Assembly (NCBI RefSeq): GCF_009914755.1
Contig: NC_060933.1
Direction: 5' to 3' (one strand)
DNA: 64,000 bases
From: the human T2T-CHM13v2.0 reference genome, Homo sapiens
The translations under genes and the position numbers were made by a program. The notes beneath the pieces were generated by a model that was not told the DNA's origin, ran no database searches, and saw only the letters and a list, made by a program, of their open reading frames with translations. Below are positions 57,913 to 64,000 of this stretch, piece after piece (position 1 is the stretch's first letter; every line of letters begins with the position of its first letter).

Positions 57913-57961
57913 ATTTTTTTAAAATTCTAATTTCATTGTCTTGAGCCCTTGACCGTCTTCA

Positions 57962-58457
<496 letters not shown>

Positions 58458-58779
58458 CTAAGGTATCCATGAGAGTGAGAGTCCACTGTAAATGTCTACC
58501 AAGCCCAAAGCCATTTGATAAGGGTGCTGGTCACTAAAAACCTTCTGCCTCTCAACTTTCTCTCTTCTCTCTCTATGCCACAACCTGACAAAAATCAACA
58601 ACAGCTACGTAACGGAGGGTGAGGAAAGTGAAAAAGGGAGAAGAGACCACATCTTCCCAGCTCTATCTAGTTGGAGCTGGGAAAACAGGGAACAGGGGAG
58701 AAGCTCTACAACTAAATGAAGATTTAAATAATGATTAACATTCTAATTTTCAACTGAGATTATGTTTTGTGACTTAAAG

Positions 58780-58960
58780 CAGGAATTGGTAAACTTTTTC
58801 TGTGAAGGGCCAGAGAGTAAATATTTTAGGCCCTATTGTGACTATCCAACTCTGCTGTTGTAGTGAGAAAACAGTAGACAGTAGGTCCACAGATGGGCAG
58901 CATTGTGTCCCCATACACTCTACTGATGAAAACGGTCCAGTTGTAGTTTGTGAACACCTG
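58780..58960. mobile_element. MER58A inserted in an old LTR78-like remnant (about 58290-59070)
   Basis: caggaattggtaaactttttctgtgaagggccag...cacctg with perfect 8-bp TSD acttaaag, the hAT signature. Confidence 0.8.
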
Positions 58961-59074
58961 ACTTAAAGTGACCATAGGACTTTCAATAACCTGAGAGTGG
59001 CCAACTAAGTCATGAGATGACCAATTTTTTATTCAGGGAACAGGGAAACCCTCTCAACCAAAGGAATATCTTTT

Positions 59075-59555
59075 AAAATTTATTTCAGTGAGATAGAATT
59101 GATATAAAACAAAATGTACCCATTTTAAAGATACTGTTCAGTGAGTTTTGATGAACATATACAGCCATGTAATCACAACAACTAATTTTGAACATTTCCA
59201 TCATGCCAAAAAGTCCTCCCATGCCCTTTTGCAGTAAATATACCCCAACCTCTGACCCAAGATAGCCACTGATCTGATTTATGTCATTATAAATTAGTTT
59301 TGCCTTTTCTAGAATTGTTTTTTTCTAAATGGAATTTTATACATATAATCATTTGTGCCTGGCTTCTTTTGCTTAGTATGTCTTAGTGATTCATCCATAT
59401 TGTTGCATGTATCAATACTGTTCTCTTTTATTACTGAATAGTATTTGGTAGAATTATTCCAAAATTCATTTATCAATTCCTCTGTTGATGGAATTCTAGG
59501 TTATTAGTTTTTTATTATTATGAATAAAGTGATGAAAATTCATGTGCAAGCTTTG
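59075..59555 (-). mobile_element. Old L1 (L1MC/ME-type) 3' fragment
   Basis: aaaatgtacccattttaaag...gaacatttccatca...ctggcttcttttgcttag motifs. Confidence 0.7.
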
Positions 59556-59574
59556 AGAATGATGGCATTAATAA

Positions 59575-59914
<340 letters not shown>

Positions 59915-60043
59915 TCAAAGGAAAACTTTTAAAACCATTTTCTAGGCACAGAGACATACTAATAATACTAATGTATTTCATACACCCATACAACATGAAA
60001 ATCACAAAGAATTAGAAGAGGCTAAATTTCAAACTATACTTAC

Positions 60044-60130
60044 TTCTTTCTTAAGTTCATTAAGACTGTGACTGATTTTCAAAATACTGAGTTCCAGTTC
60101 TTCAGCGATGCTTTTTGTTTTCTTGCTTTG
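60044..60130 (-). CDS. CTNNAL1: CTNNAL1 exon 8 (87 nt; QSKKTKSIAEELELSILKISHSLNELKKE)
   Basis: Acceptor ttttag| and donor GAA|gtaagt. Confidence 0.94.
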
Positions 60131-60449
60131 CTAAAAATTTTTAAAAGTATACATGTAATGTTACCGCATCTCTTTAATCTGTTAATTACAATTTTGTTTG
60201 GACTGTAAATTGTAATAAATTTTAATACTATTCTGTGAACTATAAAAGTAGATTTTCAAAATTTACCTGTTTAAGTTACAGTGGAAAATAAAATTTCAGT
60301 TTAGTTATATTTTTCAATGCTAACTACAAATAGATGAACTTCTGTTTTTTTATTTATTTATTTTTCTGTGAACCTATGGATTATATTGAAAGGTGAACTT
60401 TTAAAATCTAATTTTCTTTAATAAACTCAAGTCTAAAATTAATCTCTTT

Positions 60450-61082
60450 TATTTTCTGCCTAGAATGTCCATGCTTTCACTCCTAACCTAGTTAAAAATT
60501 AAAATCCTACTCATCTTTAAGATCTTACATAAATGTCTTTTTCTCAGAAAGGCTTTCTCAGATCACTCAATCTAAATCAGACCCTCTTCTTACTCACTGT
60601 AATCTTTTTGCTCCATAATCGTCCCAGTTTGCAATTACATATTTATTTTTTCAGTCCAAACCATCTGGAATTTTTTATTTTTTGTTTGTTTAAAGTCTAT
60701 CTTCCCCACTAGGCCACGAAAGCTGGGTTCACATCTATTTTGCACACCACTAAATCCACAGTACCCGGCATAGCAAATGGTAGGTCGTAGATATTCAATT
60801 CTTTGCATGATAAATAAAAATTAAATATCACTACTTCATGAAGACTTCTTGAGCCCCCTCCCTAAATATAAATTTGTCCTCCTTCAAACCCTCTCAATGC
60901 ATAGTCTACACTTTCTCTTAGGATACTTACAAAGCTATTTGTACTTGTCTCACCCCTTCCCGCAAATTTCTATATTGTAAAATTCTTGCAGACAAAGATT
61001 TTAGCTTATTCATCTTTAGATTTATGGTGCTTGGCATATAAAAGGCACCAGTAACAACTGCTGAAAAAAATGAATGAATGAA
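60450..61082. mobile_element. L2 3'-end remnants (two)
   Basis: ttctgcctagaatg...tactcatcttt...cccggcatag... motifs ending aatgaatgaatgaa. Confidence 0.6.
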
Positions 61083-62362
61083 AAATACACCTAGAATGCA
61101 GGATCAGAGATCTGAGTGCTTGTGAAATATGCACGGGTAAATTTGCTAAATTTGTGACATTTGCTAATTGCAAATTTGAGTATTGATAGAATCACATTCC
61201 CAACAGAGTATTTCATCACAAGCAACTCTTTATAGTGAGTGTTGGACTTAAAACTGAACACTGAAGCAATCTACACTTCAGATTGTGTATCACACAGATA
61301 ATTCAAACTAAACACAAAACATTGCTCAAGTCTCTCACACGACTATACTCTAGGGCAAGATTCCCTGTTAATAAGAACATGTGCACTACTGTGATGCCAA
61401 GAAAACATCAGAGAAATCTGTGATTCATATCTACTTTCATTCATAAATTAATCTACTTACAAGGAAATCAACTGCTCCTTCTTTCTTCAGTCTCAGCCAT
61501 ATCCACCCTGCTTCATCATCTTTACTGCCAAAGCTTTGTTCATGACTTCCAGATTTGTACTATCACTGCTGTATATTGTAAGCCATGTTAAATACTTTTC
61601 TGACAGAGCCTGGGCCTAAGAAATAAATAATGCTAGAGACATGTCCCAGGGCTCTCTGTCTCTCCACTTTGCAATCCACCTGCTATAAGAGATTGTGTAC
61701 ACACACTTCCTGTCTGTCCCACTTCTGTCAGTCTTGGCCATTCTTGCCCAAATAAGCTCCTCTGTTTGAAGCACACCAACAGCCCATTTAAGGCTCACAG
61801 AGTGGCCACCCACCAATTTTAGACCAGGAATTTGTGCAAGGGTGAAAAGCTTTTACTTGCCAGCTGGATCTACCCTTGTTTTCATTGAATCTACACCCCA
61901 ATAAGTTTTCTAAATCATTGTCTCTGTAAATCAGCTGTCCTCAGAGGTAAGAATTGTGTACATGTGAATGGCTCCAGCAGTCAGGCTCAGGTCCCAAGAA
62001 CCTCTAGGAGGGGGTCTACTCCTCTGTTCTTCACTCTGAAGAAGTATTTTGGGGAGGAATTTTCCAGAGGTGAGTTTGGTGGAAGAGTAGGGACAACAGT
62101 GTGAACTAGTGATAGTGACAGAGGCATATAATTGAGACTGGCTAGAATGAGAGTCAACAGGCCTGGAAATAAATGTCAAGTATTGTAAGTGCTAGATGGG
62201 AAGGATATTTTGGCCAACTAGGAGGGAAAGAAGGGATGAGATATCCTGTCCCATTCTGGAACAAATTCATACTCCTGGTGATTATGTAACTTCCATATCT
62301 TGCAAAACTTTATGGGAAAGCCATTATATAAGATTTACTTTGATTTTAAAAAAAGTTCTTAC

Positions 62363-62563
62363 AGCTTGAATCCACACAGAAATTAACTGCTGCAGTTCCA
62401 TTCTCGCCTGAGTTGACAGTTCCAAGATGCGTTCTCTGTGCTCATGGCTGGTGTAGGCAGAATCAGTAAAGTCCTCCATACGCTCCAAGATGACTTCCAA
62501 TGTCACAGAAAGGTTCTCTTTGGACTGAAAATAAAGATTCTCCCGAAGAGCTTCAATATTCAT
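62363..62563 (-). CDS. CTNNAL1: CTNNAL1 exon 7 (201 nt; MNIEALRENLYFQSKENLSVTLEVILERMEDFTDSAYTSHEHRERILELSTQARMELQQLISVWIQA)
   Basis: Within ORF 62324..62590; acceptor tctcag| and donor GCT|gtaaga. Confidence 0.95.
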
Positions 62564-64000
62564 CTGAGAACAAAAAGGACATCTATCCATCCATGTGAGT
62601 CAATATTCCCACCTGACCAAAATGGGCTGTAATTTCTAACAGTGCCCAGGAAAACACTAGCATTTCCTTTTCCCAAGCTGAGGGGAAATACAGCCACCAA
62701 TGATATCTATATTCGCCACTAACCCAGAAGGATACATTGCTCAAAAGCCTTCAATATCCATGCAAAGCACCATTCCTAGAGTAATTAATACAATGACATT
62801 GCTATGAGATCAGTGAATACTAAGGCAGAAAGAGCATCATCCTCTAGCAACTGGCAGGAAAAATGAACCAGCCTCCAGGTAAAAGATTTGCATCTGAGAA
62901 AATGCCTAGGCAAAGTCCTGGAAGATAAGTTACACCCAAATATGAAATGTGCTGAGCCCAGGGGGAAGGATGGTGTGGAAGATGTGGGGTGTGAGAAGCA
63001 CTGGGGAAGACATCCATTTTTCCTTTGTTAATTCAGCAAAGACTCTCCTAGTCACCTAACTGGTCTCCCTACATTTTGTTTAAAGTCCCCAACAGCACCT
63101 TACTGACCCAAACATCCTCTACCAGAGGGTCTGTATAATCTAAAATGTAAACCATCTGATACTGCCACCTCCCTCTAATAGCTCCTCGCCATCTATAGAG
63201 AATCAAGCCCAAACGTCTATGTAGTATAGCACAAAATCCTCTATGGCCTGTCTTTATATACTTCTCTAACAGTCTATCTCACCCCCTGAACCCCCTAACA
63301 ACCTTTCACTTCAGCCATCCTGTTTGGAGTTCCTTGACTATGTGATGAACACATGCTCATGTGTGCAGTCTTTCTCTCTCAGCTTTCTACGATGCATCAT
63401 GCCATTTCAACCCTGTAAAACACTACAGTCCATGAAATATGTCACACAGACAACTTGGGCCAAGAGGCAACAAGCGGTAATGATCATGATTATGGTCACA
63501 ATGAATGTGATAATAAGGATACCTTACATTTGTTTAACACTTCAAAGTCCTTTCACAAATGTTATTTTAATTAATCCTTATGTGTGACCCATTTTAACAT
63601 CATCCATGAAAATATCAAAGTTTGGGAAAGTCAAGATGCCATAGGAGAGTCCTTGCTTCCCCTCCTGCTCTTGGCCCAAGTTGTGTCAGGTGATCACTCC
63701 ATCCTAGGTAGACAGAAACTTGTATTTAAGCTAGGAAAGAATACAGATAATAGTAAGGTATGGAATTTACAATGGGGATCTTCTCAGAGAATTAAATTTA
63801 TTTTATTAATTTAAGAGAATTAAATTTGAGAATTTAAACAGAATTAAAACATAAAAATCAGTTATATTGGTCTCATACCATTTATGTTAAGGTTTTTTAT
63901 TTTCCCTTTAGAGAGAAAATATACATGTTTTTAGACAGCAACTTAGTGGAGTTTTGTGGGGTTTTTTTAAAGAGGCTATTTACTGATATGGTTTCATAAC

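Noticed and set aside
62522-62542. TEV site as vector or engineered contamination
   Set aside because: It lies in frame in a normal exon with no tag, linker or cloning scars, and the flanking alpha-catenin-family sequence is continuous.

Overview
Primate (by recognition human, chr9q31.3) genomic DNA, not prokaryotic. Three spliced genes were rebuilt by hand from GT-AG boundaries and reading-frame continuity. (1) The 5' part of ELP1/IKBKAP (Elongator subunit 1) on the minus strand: non-coding exon 1 plus coding exons 2-9 (codons 1-288); the gene runs off the left edge. (2) The complete ABITRAM (FAM206A/Simiate) gene on the plus strand: 6 exons, 181 aa, sharing a CpG-island bidirectional promoter with ELP1. 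(3) The 3' part of CTNNAL1 (alpha-catulin) on the minus strand: last 13 exons, 434 codons, tail-to-tail with ABITRAM. The rest is intronic or intergenic: about 25 Alus (two nested) plus L1, L2, CR1, MIR, LTR and DNA-transposon fossils. Repeat family names come from recalled consensus sequences, and old-repeat boundaries are approximate. Most entries in the ORF track are spurious or Alu-derived. I found no demonstrably new multi-gene system. Best leads: an AUG uORF overlapping the ELP1 start codon, a perfect TEV-protease site (ENLYFQS) in a CTNNAL1 exon, a candidate distal ABITRAM terminal exon antisense within CTNNAL1, an extended CTCF motif, and an unexplained CpG-retaining segment in ELP1 intron 6.
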